Positions 38,794-49,437 of a DNA stretch of 64,000 nucleotides are shown one piece after another. The first letter of the stretch is position 1, and each line of letters starts with the position of its first letter. A program made the translations under genes and the position numbers. The notes under the pieces are model-generated. The model had not been told where the DNA came from and searched no databases. It saw only the letters and a list, made by a program, of their open reading frames with translations. This DNA comes from an uncultured archaeon (GTDB lineage Archaea; Asgardarchaeota; Heimdallarchaeia; Heimdallarchaeales; Kariarchaeaceae), in contig CAZYCQ010000007.1 in the NCBI GenBank assembly GCA_964645535.1, positions 24,912 through 88,911 of the forward strand, given 5' to 3'.

Positions 38794-39504
38794 ATGGCCA
38801 CAATACTCAAGAAAATCGTGATCCTCGGAACAACCGGAAGTGGAAAGACCACTTTCTTGCGCAATATCGCTGGACAGGTGGATGATGCCGAGGTGACACG
38901 ACGAGTGGTCATCGAAGAGGCACAAGTCCTCAACACTTTTACTGCCATTGACAAAGATCTATTCAAAGATTCCACCACTACCGTCGCCATGAACGTCCGA
39001 AATGTTCTCTTCGCCACCACCATGTCGAATCAGTTCCGTTTCTTCTCAATATCCCAAAACGCCAATCCTGAGGATTGGGATGAACTTGACAATCTCTTCC
39101 CCACACTGATCATCGATACCGCAGGACAGGAACGCTTTGAATTCATGCAGGAAATCGGTGTCAAGGGGGCAGATGCAGCACTTGTCTTTGCAGATGGCAC
39201 AAATATCCAATCCATCGAACGTATCCGCCATTTCTGCAATATCATCCAAGAAGAGGCGAACCGTAGCGGCAAAACCATTCCCGTTGCCATTTTCGTCAAT
39301 AAGAAAGACCTTGCAGACAAAGGCTATTATGTCGGCAAACAACCTCTTGAAGATCTTGAGAATGATCATGTCGGTATATATGAGACGACCAATACAGATC
39401 CCGAAACCTTTTTCCCAGCACTCAGACAACTCCTCTTCCAGATTACTGGCTTTCCTATCGACATTTCTCAAATCAACATCAAAAGCGTCAGGGAAGTCTA
39501 TTGA
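38794..39504 (+). CDS. Ras-superfamily small GTPase
   Basis: G1 GTTGSGKT, G2 TTT, G3 DTAGQERF, G4 NKKD. Confidence 0.9.
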   Translation: MATILKKIVILGTTGSGKTTFLRNIAGQVDDAEVTRRVVIEEAQVLNTFTAIDKDLFKDSTTTVAMNVRNVLFATTMSNQFRFFSISQNANPEDWDELDNLFPTLIIDTAGQERFEFMQEIGVKGADAALVFADGTNIQSIERIRHFCNIIQEEANRSGKTIPVAIFVNKKDLADKGYYVGKQPLEDLENDHVGIYETTNTDPETFFPALRQLLFQITGFPIDISQINIKSVREVY

Positions 39505-41027
39505 CCAACTACCGGACTTTGATGGGATTCAATTGATGTACCATTCCTGAAATAAAACCAAAATATTGTGGTTGCCACAAAGTAAAGTCCGCCTGCAATT
39601 ACAAAGGGGGTGATGAAGTCACGTACTGCCATGAAATAACCGCCTGCAAGAAAACCAATCGCTGAAAAGACCGATGATCCTCCCATCCGCAATGCTTCCA
39701 TGGTTGTCCTCTCTGCATCGTTCACTGTCTCCATGGCCAAGGCCGATTCCGTTGGAAAGCTTCCTGCCATCAATGCAATCCTCAATACATAGAATATCCC
39801 TGCAACCAGCAAAAGAGGGGACATCGGAAGCAGAAGAATGAAGACAATGCTCAGGTACCGGGTTGAAACAAGATAGTTCACCTTCCCCAACCTCTCTGCC
39901 AAGATCGGTGTGAGAAAATTGCCGATTGCCACTGACAAAGAACCAATGGCAAAGATCATGGACATGCTTGCAGTATCTGCACTATATTTCAGAAGAAAGA
40001 ACAGACTGAAATACGATACAAACAATCCTGCACCCGTACCGATGAATATGGAATTCAACGTGAACACCAGAATCGTTCCCCAATTGCTCACATTGCTGAA
40101 GGACAATCTTGCCTTCACAGTATGGGATCTTCCACGTGCCTTCAATTCAGGATCCTCCTTCATGGGAAAAGCTGGAACCAAACTCAACCACCACAGCAGA
40201 ACAGATACGAACAATCCGACCTGCAACACCATGATCGAGGCAGTTCCCTCAATGATTGGCGTACCGTAAAGAAAAACGGAAATAGCCAACGGAACCACCC
40301 CTCCTGCAAGATTGCCTGCCATCGACGCCAACGTGGAAAATCCCGATGCCACCGAAAAAAGATGTACACGTTCCTTTGCTGTGGATTGCTCATAGATGAA
40401 TGGTCCTTCGGCAATACCATGGATTGACATCACCGACGACCTGAGAATCTGCATCGATGTGACAAATACGGGATCCTGAATCAAGACAACCATCAAGATC
40501 GTGATGGATCCGATAAAATCCCCCATGATAAAGCTCCATTTCTTACCCAACCAATCAACAATGATCCCGTTAAACGGAGCCATCAGACCTGTCACAAGTG
40601 AGCCACCCGCCAAAAGAAGGCCTATGAAATAAACCGGATCCAAGTCCCATCCGAACAAATGCACCCCTTCCCTGAAAACAAAAAGAAGGTAAATGTTGTA
40701 CAGAATCGTCCGAACCCCATACGTCAGACTCATTCCCTGAATATGAAGAATATAAAGACGGGCATTGCGACTGAACATGTTCAGTTTGTCCATGTAGGTC
40801 TTGGGATTCTCTTGTTCCACCCGTTTCCGACGAATAAGCCAAATCGCAGAGACCACAATCCCCACAAAAATTACCAGTCCGGCAAGTACAAATGCACCCG
40901 AAAGGGGACCGAATTCAGAACCCGTATCCAACTCCCCACCATGGGCACTTACACCCCTCGGCAGGAACAGAAACAACAAAGAATGCCTCTTCAACATATT
41001 GTCATGGCTCTTCTCGATTATAAACAT
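39498..41027 (-). CDS. MFS transporter with an extra N-terminal segment
   Basis: GIIVDWLGKK and LAERLGK motif-A copies; 12 or more TMs. Confidence 0.85.
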   Translation of the reverse strand: MFIIEKSHDNMLKRHSLLFLFLPRGVSAHGGELDTGSEFGPLSGAFVLAGLVIFVGIVVSAIWLIRRKRVEQENPKTYMDKLNMFSRNARLYILHIQGMSLTYGVRTILYNIYLLFVFREGVHLFGWDLDPVYFIGLLLAGGSLVTGLMAPFNGIIVDWLGKKWSFIMGDFIGSITILMVVLIQDPVFVTSMQILRSSVMSIHGIAEGPFIYEQSTAKERVHLFSVASGFSTLASMAGNLAGGVVPLAISVFLYGTPIIEGTASIMVLQVGLFVSVLLWWLSLVPAFPMKEDPELKARGRSHTVKARLSFSNVSNWGTILVFTLNSIFIGTGAGLFVSYFSLFFLLKYSADTASMSMIFAIGSLSVAIGNFLTPILAERLGKVNYLVSTRYLSIVFILLLPMSPLLLVAGIFYVLRIALMAGSFPTESALAMETVNDAERTTMEALRMGGSSVFSAIGFLAGGYFMAVRDFITPFVIAGGLYFVATTIFWFYFRNGTSIESHQSPVVGQ

Positions 41028-41096
41028 GAGGGTTTACAAATTTAATCAAATGACCCCCACAACAAGGCGTTTATACCTCCAGCCAAAACCTACCTC

Positions 41097-41399
41097 ATGC
41101 AAACATTCGACTTCAATGAAGAAGTTCAATCAATACCGCCGATGTCCTTCTGGAAAGGACTCATCGAAAAACCGAACCTCGAATGCGGAGTCCTCAACCT
41201 CAAACCTGGACAGCCAGACACACAGAACCCCCACAAAATGGATGAAGTCTACTTCATTGTTCAAGGTGACGGCTACCTCAATGTCAACGGAGTGGATATC
41301 CCCATAACAGACGGCAAAATCATATTCGTCCCGAAAGAAATTCCGCATAAGTTCCACGGAAATACCAAACCAATCAAGGGATTCTATGCATTGGGATAG
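41097..41399 (+). CDS. Cupin-domain protein
   Basis: DTQNPHKMDEVY, G.IIFVP...PHKFH. Confidence 0.9.
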   Translation: MQTFDFNEEVQSIPPMSFWKGLIEKPNLECGVLNLKPGQPDTQNPHKMDEVYFIVQGDGYLNVNGVDIPITDGKIIFVPKEIPHKFHGNTKPIKGFYALG

Positions 41400-41826
41400 C
41401 CTCACCTCCTCTAATCATAGAACCCCTTCACCTTCTGCAACAAGTTTCAAATCTTCGACATATGAGGAGCTAATGATCTATCGAGAGGTTGCAATTGACG
41501 GATCAATTCCGTTCATCTCAATTGTGGATTTCTTTGCCTTTGTTGTGGGTGATGAAAGGATCAATGGTCAACGATATCCCGAGCCAGACCTGAATCCGAC
41601 GGAATTTAGCCTTGTAGTATACTATGAGGGATTTGGCCTTGCCAAATTCAAAATTGAGGCAAAATATTCAGTTACATTCAGTTGGGTGCTTGAGTTGGGA
41701 AAGGATATGAACGGGTTGGTTTCTTTTGAGCAATCTGATACGGGTATGGTTGCCCTCCCCTTGTTTGGTACGTTCGTTTGCCTTATGGTTCTTGGGTTCA
41801 AGTATTTCAGAAAGCGAAATTTTTGA
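41386..41826 (+). pseudogene. Probable C-terminal fragment of a membrane-anchored surface protein
   Basis: TM plus RKRN tail but no signal peptide or convincing start; base composition changes near its 5' end. Confidence 0.4.
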
Positions 41827-42062
41827 TCAATTTGTGATTTATAGATGGTGGGTTCCTTTCTGTTTTTGGTTCACCCATTATTGAAGAGGGTGTATGATTT
41901 TCACTCTAAGCACGCCGATCTATATCATAAATTTGTGAGTTAGGGATTAGGATGGATTTGGGATATACATTTATTATGTTGGGATTTTGAGACAGGAGAA
42001 TCAAGTCAATATTGTCATTAAAAAAAAAAAATATAAATTGCTATTAATTGTAAAAATTTACC

Positions 42063-42596
42063 ATGATTTCGAGAAAAATCTTTAGTATTTTGATGATTAT
42101 GATAATTTTTTTGCATATTCACGGATCTTTAGCACGTGACACTCCCCCGATTGACGAAAGAGAGGAGACAGTGCACACGTGTGACGAAGCTAAAAATCGG
42201 GCGAAAGAATTGGCATTAGAGTTGATCTCAATGGGTGCCAGTCAAGTGGTATATTATTCTAACCTTGAGGGGAGATTTTGGATTGCAGTAGGAACATTAA
42301 TTAGTGGAGGAGCAATTTCAACTCAAATTAATTATAATGAATGTAATGAGGGGGATAGTGGTGCAGAACAGGCAGCATATTATCACGATTCGGACATGAG
42401 TTCAGGAACCTTTGAAAGACACCCTCTGATAATGCCAGTTGCAGGGGTGCTTGCATCAGTCCTAATTGTTCTCGGTGCGAAGATCATAAGTAATTTTCTT
42501 GTTTTGATAAAATCAAGCGGTGGTGGATTTGACCCGATATGTATTTCACAGAAGCTTACAACGGGTGTTGGTTCTGTCGCATTTTGTCAACAATAA
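42063..42596 (+). CDS. Exported hypothetical protein with a hydrophobic C-terminal segment
   Basis: Signal peptide; upstream A-tract followed by TATAAA. Confidence 0.6.
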   Translation: MISRKIFSILMIMIIFLHIHGSLARDTPPIDEREETVHTCDEAKNRAKELALELISMGASQVVYYSNLEGRFWIAVGTLISGGAISTQINYNECNEGDSGAEQAAYYHDSDMSSGTFERHPLIMPVAGVLASVLIVLGAKIISNFLVLIKSSGGGFDPICISQKLTTGVGSVAFCQQ

Positions 42597-42605
42597 GGTG
42601 ATCAA

Positions 42606-43097
42606 ATGCTTGCACCAAATAAAACAAAACTGACTGAAAATTCAAAAACATTGATTCTTTTAGAAAAGGGAAGCAATGGACCTGAGAAATTCCTGAATTC
42701 GATACGGATCCCGGAAATCCTTGTGTTTGCAGAAGACTATGATGATCCAAAGTTTCCGCAAAACCCATTTGTATTCAAATCATCGGTTCCTCTCAAAATA
42801 TTTTCAAAAAAGGATAGGACGATGGTTATTCCCTTGCTCAATCTTTCACCTGCTTACCTCCTTTGGTTTTGCCTTGTGAAAGACTGCAGCATCTTGAAAA
42901 AGAAATTTGACCTTCTCAAAAAGTATTGTAGTCCTGGCAAGATCATTTTGAAAACTGAAAAATGTGGTTCCTTGGAATTATCAAATGAATTTATAAAGCC
43001 AATTCAAAGCGATTTTTCTGAACCACATGGAGGTTCATTAGAAAAGGAATTTCAGCAATTAGTCTTCCATAATGGAACTTTATATATTATTCATTGA
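42606..43097 (+). CDS. Hypothetical protein
   Basis: AGGTGA SD; 9 nt after the previous stop codon. Confidence 0.55.
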   Translation: MLAPNKTKLTENSKTLILLEKGSNGPEKFLNSIRIPEILVFAEDYDDPKFPQNPFVFKSSVPLKIFSKKDRTMVIPLLNLSPAYLLWFCLVKDCSILKKKFDLLKKYCSPGKIILKTEKCGSLELSNEFIKPIQSDFSEPHGGSLEKEFQQLVFHNGTLYIIH

Positions 43098-43297
43098 AAG
43101 AAAAAGTGTAAGCTGTTGAGAAAAGAAAAATTGACTCCTTTTTTGGATAATGTTGGTTCTGCGCATTACATTAAATCTAGCCAACTCGGCCAGTTATCCG
43201 TTAGGACTTTCTCCCGGTAAGCGACGAGAGGAATTGCTGGATTGTTGAAGAGCTTAAGTAATATTTGACCAGCATTTTAGCGGCATTTTCATGACTG

Positions 43298-44773
43298 TTG
43301 ACTTCTGCTTTGCATATGAATGATGAAAGCCAGATTACCATTGCCAAAATGAAAGAACTTGCTAATAAAGTCCAAAACAATAAATTAGAAGAATTTTCCG
43401 AAGAATTGCAATCGGTTAGTAAATTTACCTCCTTAGCATCTTCATACAGTTTCAGAAATCCTTCGAAAATTAATCAGGTAATTGTTCAAGACCTAGAAAT
43501 TGTGGTTGATGGGCAAAAGCAAGTTACAAATGGAATCTTTCCTTCACTTGGAAGACCCATCCTTGATTCAAATTCAATCGGTAAAATGGACCTTTTGAAA
43601 GAAGTTTGGTCGGATAAATTAACATCGAACTCGCCATTTTATTGGAAAAGTGCTTTGGAAACATTGTCCGAAAACTCTGATTTATTCTCAGAAATTGATA
43701 GAATCAGGAATTATAACGAGATGATCTATTTTGCTGATCAAAAAGCAAAAGTCGCAACTTTCCTTAACCCGATACTTGAAATCCTTGAACAACAAACTAA
43801 GGATGAAATTTTCAAAATTGCAAATGAACATGCGGAAACGGTTTCTGCCGCATTGAAATCATGTGACACTAATCTATTCCCCTGTAATATGGTCTTTGAA
43901 TTTTCAGGAAGAGCTAGTTCTCCCCCAAAATCATTCCCAATATTCTATGGAACCCAATTACCGGACGATTTCATGTTCATTGTCAATGAGAACAATGTAA
44001 TGGCATGGTATATTGATAAAATTATCCGGGATCAAAATTTATCTGAAATTCCACTTAAATTCAAAGATTCAAGCGAAAACAGGAAAATTATCCAAGCTCT
44101 TACAATGAATGACTTAAATGTTGACCATTTCCTAATTGAGGACATAGTTTTCGGAATGCGGACCACCAACCTCCCTCAAGATATTTTAGAAAAAATAATT
44201 AAATTCGAAGAAGGAACTGTAAGGTATTTTGCAATGCTTGAGAAAAAAGCCACAATTGTTACTTTTGAAACTCTTGAGATGTCACGAAAAACAATCAAAG
44301 ATTATTTTGTAACAAGGCAAGGAAAATCTTTCGTTGAAAATTATGAAAATTGGTAAAAATTCGCAAATCAGGTACCAGTTCTAGCAATTCCGTCAAATAT
44401 GGTTAGAATTTCATCTGGAATTGACATCCCATATAAAACTAAAAGTCAATTCAAATTTGTTCCAATTACTTTCAATCATGAAACTTTGACAAAATATCTG
44501 GAAACCATTGATCAAATGGATCAACTTACCTTTTACACAGATATGGTTGATAACATGTTCAGGTTTACTTCCGATATTGATCAGTTCGTTGACGATATAA
44601 TGTATTCCCTTTATAAATCAAATTTCAACATCGATGAAAACCTAAACCAGTTTATTGCAACATTAATCCGCAACATTGCAGACTCGTTTGAAAATCAAAA
44701 TTATAAAAACGCTAGATCTGAAATGATACAACTGATTTACGATACATTTAGAATCTTAAGAAACATAATTTAA
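43298..44773 (+). pseudogene. AT-rich hypothetical gene, possibly split by an in-frame TAA at 44354
   Basis: ORFs 43298-44356 and 44399-44773 share a frame, joined by 14 open codons (ENW*KFANQVPVLAIPSNMVR). Confidence 0.5.
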
Positions 44774-44778
44774 AAAAA

Positions 44779-44851
44779 TAGCCCTGCCCGGATTTGAACC
44801 GGGGTCAACGGATCCAAAGTCCGCTATGATTGGCCACTACACCACAGGGCT
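44779..44851 (-). tRNA. tRNA-Gln(TTG)
   Basis: AGCCCTG/CAGGGCT acceptor stem (archaeal A1-U72), GCGGA-CTTTGGA-TCCGT anticodon arm, GGTTCAAATCC. Confidence 0.97.
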
Positions 44852-44946
44852 ATTTCAATTTTGGTTATTTTTTGTTTTCAGAAAAATATTTCGGTAGTTT
44901 TGTGTTTTTCAGTTTTAGGTTGGTGTATTAGAAACTATCTTAAGTT

Positions 44947-46389
44947 TTGTTGTTTTTACTATTGATAGTGGTGAGTCGTGAATATTTTATCGAAGAGCAG
45001 GAGCTTCGAGATCCAGAGGCAATTGAGAAGGTTTATTTAGACAGTAATGTTTATGATGAGGCAATTCGTCGGATAGATTTTATCTTGGATGAATTTGAGG
45101 AGGTTTGTGTTTCATTCAGTGGAGGGAAGGATTCATCAGTTTTGTTGCAGTTGGTACTTTCTCGTGCGAGGTTGAAGGGTCGTTTACCGATCAAGGTTAT
45201 GTTCATAGATTTTGAGGCTCAGTATGCTGCTACGATTCGTCATGTTGAGGAGATGTTGGTTGGGAATCCTGATATTATAGCGTATTGGATTTGTTTGCCA
45301 TTCAAGTTGCGTAATGCAGTTAGTGTTTATGATCCACATTGGATTTGTTGGGATGAACGTAAGCGTGATTTATGGGTTCGGGAGTATCCTGAGTATGATT
45401 GTGTGATTACACGTCATAATTTGCCTGTTGAGTGGACGTGGTTTTTTGAGGGTATGGAATTTGAAGAGTTTGTGGTTCCTTTTGCGATGTGGTTGCGTGA
45501 CACAGGTGGTGTGATTGGTGATCGTATGGAGCTATCGAATACGTTGGACAAGAAGGTTGAGCAGGTTTCTGTTGATGGTTTATTTGCGGACACGTATTCC
45601 ATGAAGGAAATTGTTCGTCATTCAACGGATCGTCAGCGTTTGACTTGTAATTTGGTTGCCATTCGTGCGGATGAGTCGTTGAATCGTTTTCGTGCGTTGC
45701 GGCGTGTGAAGGATGACACAAAGTACAAGGGTTTGAACTGGACTACAAAGATGCGGCATAAGGTGTACAATGCGTATCCTATTTATGATTGGAAGACGGA
45801 GGATATTTGGACGGCAGTTGGTCGTTTTGGGTTGAAGTACAACAAGATCTATGATTTCATGTACATGGCTGGGACAAGTATTCACGAATCTCGTTTATGT
45901 CAGCCGTTTGGAGATGATCAGCGTCAGGGTTTGGATCTGTTTCGCAAGATTGAGCCGGAGACGTGGTTTCGTTTGGTTCAACGTGTTGCGGGTGCCAATT
46001 TCGGGAACATTTATGTAAAGAGTCCTATTTTGGGTCATGGTAAGGTTTTCAAGCCTGATCACATGACTTGGCGTGAGTACACGAATTTTTTGCTGAACAC
46101 TATTCCGAAGTACCAGGCGCATATCTACAAGGAGCGTATTGAGCAGTTTCTGGATTGGTGGGAGCAGAACGGTGATTGGCCTCGTGAAGAGGTTCCAGAT
46201 GCGACGCCTCCGAAGACGGATCCCCGTTGGTACAAACCTGACGGGACGATGCACCGGAAGGTTCCTTCATGGGAGCGTATAGCGAAGGCGATTTTGAAGA
46301 ACGACATTACCTGCAAGTCTTTGAGTTTTGGGTGTGTGATTGGCGGTTATCCTCGTTATTTGAAATTGAAGGAAATGTACGGAGAGTGA
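44947..46389 (+). CDS. IbrA/YbdN-like PAPS-reductase-fold protein (DUF3440)
   Basis: SFSGGKDS, IDFEAQY, IRADESLNRF, YPIYDW, RLCQPFG, PSWERIAKAILKND; start probably the GTG near 44968. Confidence 0.9.
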   Translation: MLFLLLIVVSREYFIEEQELRDPEAIEKVYLDSNVYDEAIRRIDFILDEFEEVCVSFSGGKDSSVLLQLVLSRARLKGRLPIKVMFIDFEAQYAATIRHVEEMLVGNPDIIAYWICLPFKLRNAVSVYDPHWICWDERKRDLWVREYPEYDCVITRHNLPVEWTWFFEGMEFEEFVVPFAMWLRDTGGVIGDRMELSNTLDKKVEQVSVDGLFADTYSMKEIVRHSTDRQRLTCNLVAIRADESLNRFRALRRVKDDTKYKGLNWTTKMRHKVYNAYPIYDWKTEDIWTAVGRFGLKYNKIYDFMYMAGTSIHESRLCQPFGDDQRQGLDLFRKIEPETWFRLVQRVAGANFGNIYVKSPILGHGKVFKPDHMTWREYTNFLLNTIPKYQAHIYKERIEQFLDWWEQNGDWPREEVPDATPPKTDPRWYKPDGTMHRKVPSWERIAKAILKNDITCKSLSFGCVIGGYPRYLKLKEMYGE

Positions 46390-46393
46390 TATT

Positions 46394-47017
46394 ATGGACG
46401 GGAAGTTGAAGAAGGAGATAGATCGGTTGATCGATCGAATTTCTGGTTTGGCTGAGTCGGATCGGATTGAGGTGCTGAATTATCTGAAGCGTAAGCTTGC
46501 GGATGCGAGTCCGTTTTCACACCATCCTGTTGATGTGGTGCAATGGATTCCCAGTGAGCGGGTGGTTGCGAACGACTACAATCCAAACAAGGTTTCCCCT
46601 CCAGAGATGCGTCTGCTTCATCTGTCAATCAAGGAGGATGGGTATACCCAACCGATTGTTGCGTATTACGACAAGGAGTTGGACAAGTACATCATCGTTG
46701 ACGGTTTTCATCGTAATCGTGTGGGGAAGGAATATGCCGACATTCGTGAGTCGGTGAAGGGTCATCTGCCTATAGTGGTGATCAACAAGGACATTAAGTC
46801 TCGGATGGCTTCGACCATCCGGCACAATCGTGCTCGTGGGACGCATCAGGTGCAGTCGATGAGTCAGGTGGTTGCCGAGTTGCATTTGAAGGGGTGGTCT
46901 GACAAGAAGATTGCGGAGCAGCTTGGCATGGACAAGGACGAGGTTCTAAAGCTGAAGCAGTTTGCTGGCTTAGGTGACCTGTTCCGGAATCGCGAGTTTT
47001 CGAAGGCATGGGTCTAG
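46394..47017 (+). CDS. IbrB/YbdM-like ParB/Srx protein
   Basis: ANDYNPN, DGYTQPIV, VDGFHR, MASTIRHNRARG, C-terminal HTH. Confidence 0.92.
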   Translation: MDGKLKKEIDRLIDRISGLAESDRIEVLNYLKRKLADASPFSHHPVDVVQWIPSERVVANDYNPNKVSPPEMRLLHLSIKEDGYTQPIVAYYDKELDKYIIVDGFHRNRVGKEYADIRESVKGHLPIVVINKDIKSRMASTIRHNRARGTHQVQSMSQVVAELHLKGWSDKKIAEQLGMDKDEVLKLKQFAGLGDLFRNREFSKAWV

Positions 47018-47054
47018 TCGGAAGTGTAATGTAGGGAGAATCTGAGGGTACAAT

Positions 47055-48101
47055 GTGGCATTGGTAACCATTGTGGTTTCTCCTTTGGGTTCTGGTCATG
47101 TGACACGGCAGCTGGCCTTGATGCATGAATTGCTGGATCTGGATCCGGAACTTCGGATACGGCTTGTCTGTACTGTGGAGCATCTGGAGCGGTTCCAGTC
47201 GGAACTTCAATTTTCGGATCGTATTGAGATCCGTTTTCTTCCGGAGGTTCCCACTTTTCACATCTCTTCAGCAGATGCGGTGGACATTGAGCGTACTCAT
47301 TCTTCATTTTTATGGGGCTTGGGGCTTTTGAATGATGGAGCCTACCAAAGGCAATGGAGATTGCTTTTGGAGGGGAGTGATGTCGTGGTCAATGACATCG
47401 AATTTCTTCATAATCCGGTGGCAAAGTCCTTGGGCATTCCCATCGTGAACATTTCCAATTTTACATGGTCAGATCTCTTGCGTGGTCTCGGTTTGATCGA
47501 GGTTTCTGATTTTGTTTCTGATCTGGAGTCATTGGGGGATTTGAACCTGAGATTGCCTTTCACGACTGGTTGTCGAAGTTTTCGAACCTATAGGGATGTC
47601 GGTCTGCTCTGTCGGGAAATCGGAGTGACTTCTTCCTTCATTGGCAAACCGTTTGCGCTGTTTTTGGCAGGAAACATCAACCATAAGCTTGACATCCAAG
47701 GTATCTGTGAGGAACTATCTTCTGCCGGGCTTTCCTGTTTGGTTCTTGGACGGCAAGTTTCTCATGCAAACGTGCAATCATTTCCTGCCGGGCTTTCCCG
47801 AGTTCCTGATATTATTGGTCAATCATCTGTGGTTGTGGGTAAGGTTGGGTTTTCAACAGTTGCAGAGGTCTATTGTGCAGGGGTTCCTTTCGTTCATTTC
47901 CAACGACAGGGTTTCATGGAGGATCAACTCCTGTCAGACCACATTGTGAGGGATGGACGGGGTGTCTCACTGGACTTTGCCATGGATGCATCGGAGATTG
48001 CGGATCGGATTCTTGCTTGGGCTGGTCAGCGTCTTTCTCGTGTTCCTAATGACAACAAGAACATTGCTGAGCTTGTCCATCATTTTGTTGGAAGAAATTA
48101 G
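47055..48101 (+). CDS. GT-B fold glycosyltransferase (GT28/GT1-like)
   Basis: GSGHVTR, ISNFTW, GKVGFSTVAE. Confidence 0.75.
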   Translation: MALVTIVVSPLGSGHVTRQLALMHELLDLDPELRIRLVCTVEHLERFQSELQFSDRIEIRFLPEVPTFHISSADAVDIERTHSSFLWGLGLLNDGAYQRQWRLLLEGSDVVVNDIEFLHNPVAKSLGIPIVNISNFTWSDLLRGLGLIEVSDFVSDLESLGDLNLRLPFTTGCRSFRTYRDVGLLCREIGVTSSFIGKPFALFLAGNINHKLDIQGICEELSSAGLSCLVLGRQVSHANVQSFPAGLSRVPDIIGQSSVVVGKVGFSTVAEVYCAGVPFVHFQRQGFMEDQLLSDHIVRDGRGVSLDFAMDASEIADRILAWAGQRLSRVPNDNKNIAELVHHFVGRN

Positions 48102-49381
48102 GTAGTCTGGGTTGTTCCGAGAATGCTTCCTGAAGGGATTGCCATGAACGATATTTTTTCTTTGGTGTGTGATCCGTCTCTTGAGGGAGGTTCCTCAACT
48201 GCGACTTTAAAGCCTGATGTTGTTGTTTCCGTCACCACGGCATAGGCTGCATTGCCTCCGTCCCTTCCGAATATATGGGCGAGTACAATAGGGGGATTGA
48301 GGAACAATGGATCAAATCCTACCACTTTCCATATGTGATTGTACGAGTCTGCAGTAATCAATGCCTGAAGTCCCGAGAAGGGTTCATTCCCCGCTTCAAT
48401 GGCAATATATCCAACAGTTTCGACGTATGATGCACCCGGATTTGAATTTCCCCCTTCTTCTAGACGGATGGTGACATAATCGCCTCCCAATCCATTGAAC
48501 CGAGTTCTGGCTCCTCCATCATTGGTTTCCATATTGTTTGTTTGGGGTGACGCAAGAACAATGGGCAAGGCAGTAAAGGTCTTTGCAAAGGTAACATTGG
48601 TATCAACTCCTGTCACAGTCGCCTTTCCTACCACAATCTGTATGGATCTGATATAATGGACTCCAACTTCCATGACCAGGTAATTGACATCTGAAACGGT
48701 CACTCCATCCGTATCTGAGGAATCGGTGCTCTGCTTGACCGTGAACCAGCTTTTCCCCACCCCGGTAATTGTTGGCCACTGAGCGGCATTGGTTCCTGAT
48801 CGAACAGTTTGGCTGTCATTTGCTATTGGTGTGACGACGACAACTGGATCGGCATATGTCTTGCTCAAAGTTACATTGACTTCTGCTGCCCCTACTGCCA
48901 CAGTTCCTGCCTCTCCAATCTGGTTAATTGAGAATGTATCCGGTATCTCCAATTGGATGAATGCACGATTGCCATTTGTGGCATGGATGGTCAGTTCGTT
49001 TTCCTCATTCGTGGTCAATTGGTCTTGGGCATTGACTGTTTGAATAATCAATGTATTCTCATCATTTGTTTGCAGTGGGCTTGGATCTTGTGTAATTACC
49101 CATGAAGCAAGAAGGATCCCATTTGCCTTGATCTCTATGCTATCTATTTCAATAACATTTGATCCTACATTCTTGAGAACAAGGCTGATCTGATCGACCA
49201 TTCCGTTGCTATCCAAATCTCCAAAATTGGTTCTGATCACCACAAGATTGACGGAATTATCATCAAAGAAATTGGTAACCAGACCATATACAACTGCTCC
49301 CGCTGCTACTACCAACGCAATTATCAGGATGGTTGCAATAACAGGAGAGACTGCTTTGCTTCTTTTCAATATCTTGATCAT
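48098..49381 (-). CDS. Archaeal type IV pilin-like protein with C-terminal lectin-like repeats
   Basis: Class III signal KA/VSPVIATILIIALVVAA; three repeats of the V.F...F..P.V.. pattern. Confidence 0.8.
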   Translation of the reverse strand: MIKILKRSKAVSPVIATILIIALVVAAGAVVYGLVTNFFDDNSVNLVVIRTNFGDLDSNGMVDQISLVLKNVGSNVIEIDSIEIKANGILLASWVITQDPSPLQTNDENTLIIQTVNAQDQLTTNEENELTIHATNGNRAFIQLEIPDTFSINQIGEAGTVAVGAAEVNVTLSKTYADPVVVVTPIANDSQTVRSGTNAAQWPTITGVGKSWFTVKQSTDSSDTDGVTVSDVNYLVMEVGVHYIRSIQIVVGKATVTGVDTNVTFAKTFTALPIVLASPQTNNMETNDGGARTRFNGLGGDYVTIRLEEGGNSNPGASYVETVGYIAIEAGNEPFSGLQALITADSYNHIWKVVGFDPLFLNPPIVLAHIFGRDGGNAAYAVVTETTTSGFKVAVEEPPSRDGSHTKEKISFMAIPSGSILGTTQTT

Positions 49382-49437
49382 AATGATCCCAATATCCCTA
49401 TTTGTTTCTTCAATAATATGTTTTCTAAGAAGGTCGA

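Noticed and set aside
43145-43285. Several short inverted repeats suggesting an ncRNA
   Set aside because: Stems are only 5-6 bp, as expected by chance, with no recognisable family.
44354-44356. Sec/Pyl recoding of the in-frame stop
   Set aside because: The stop is TAA, not TGA or TAG; a nonsense mutation or sequence error is more likely.
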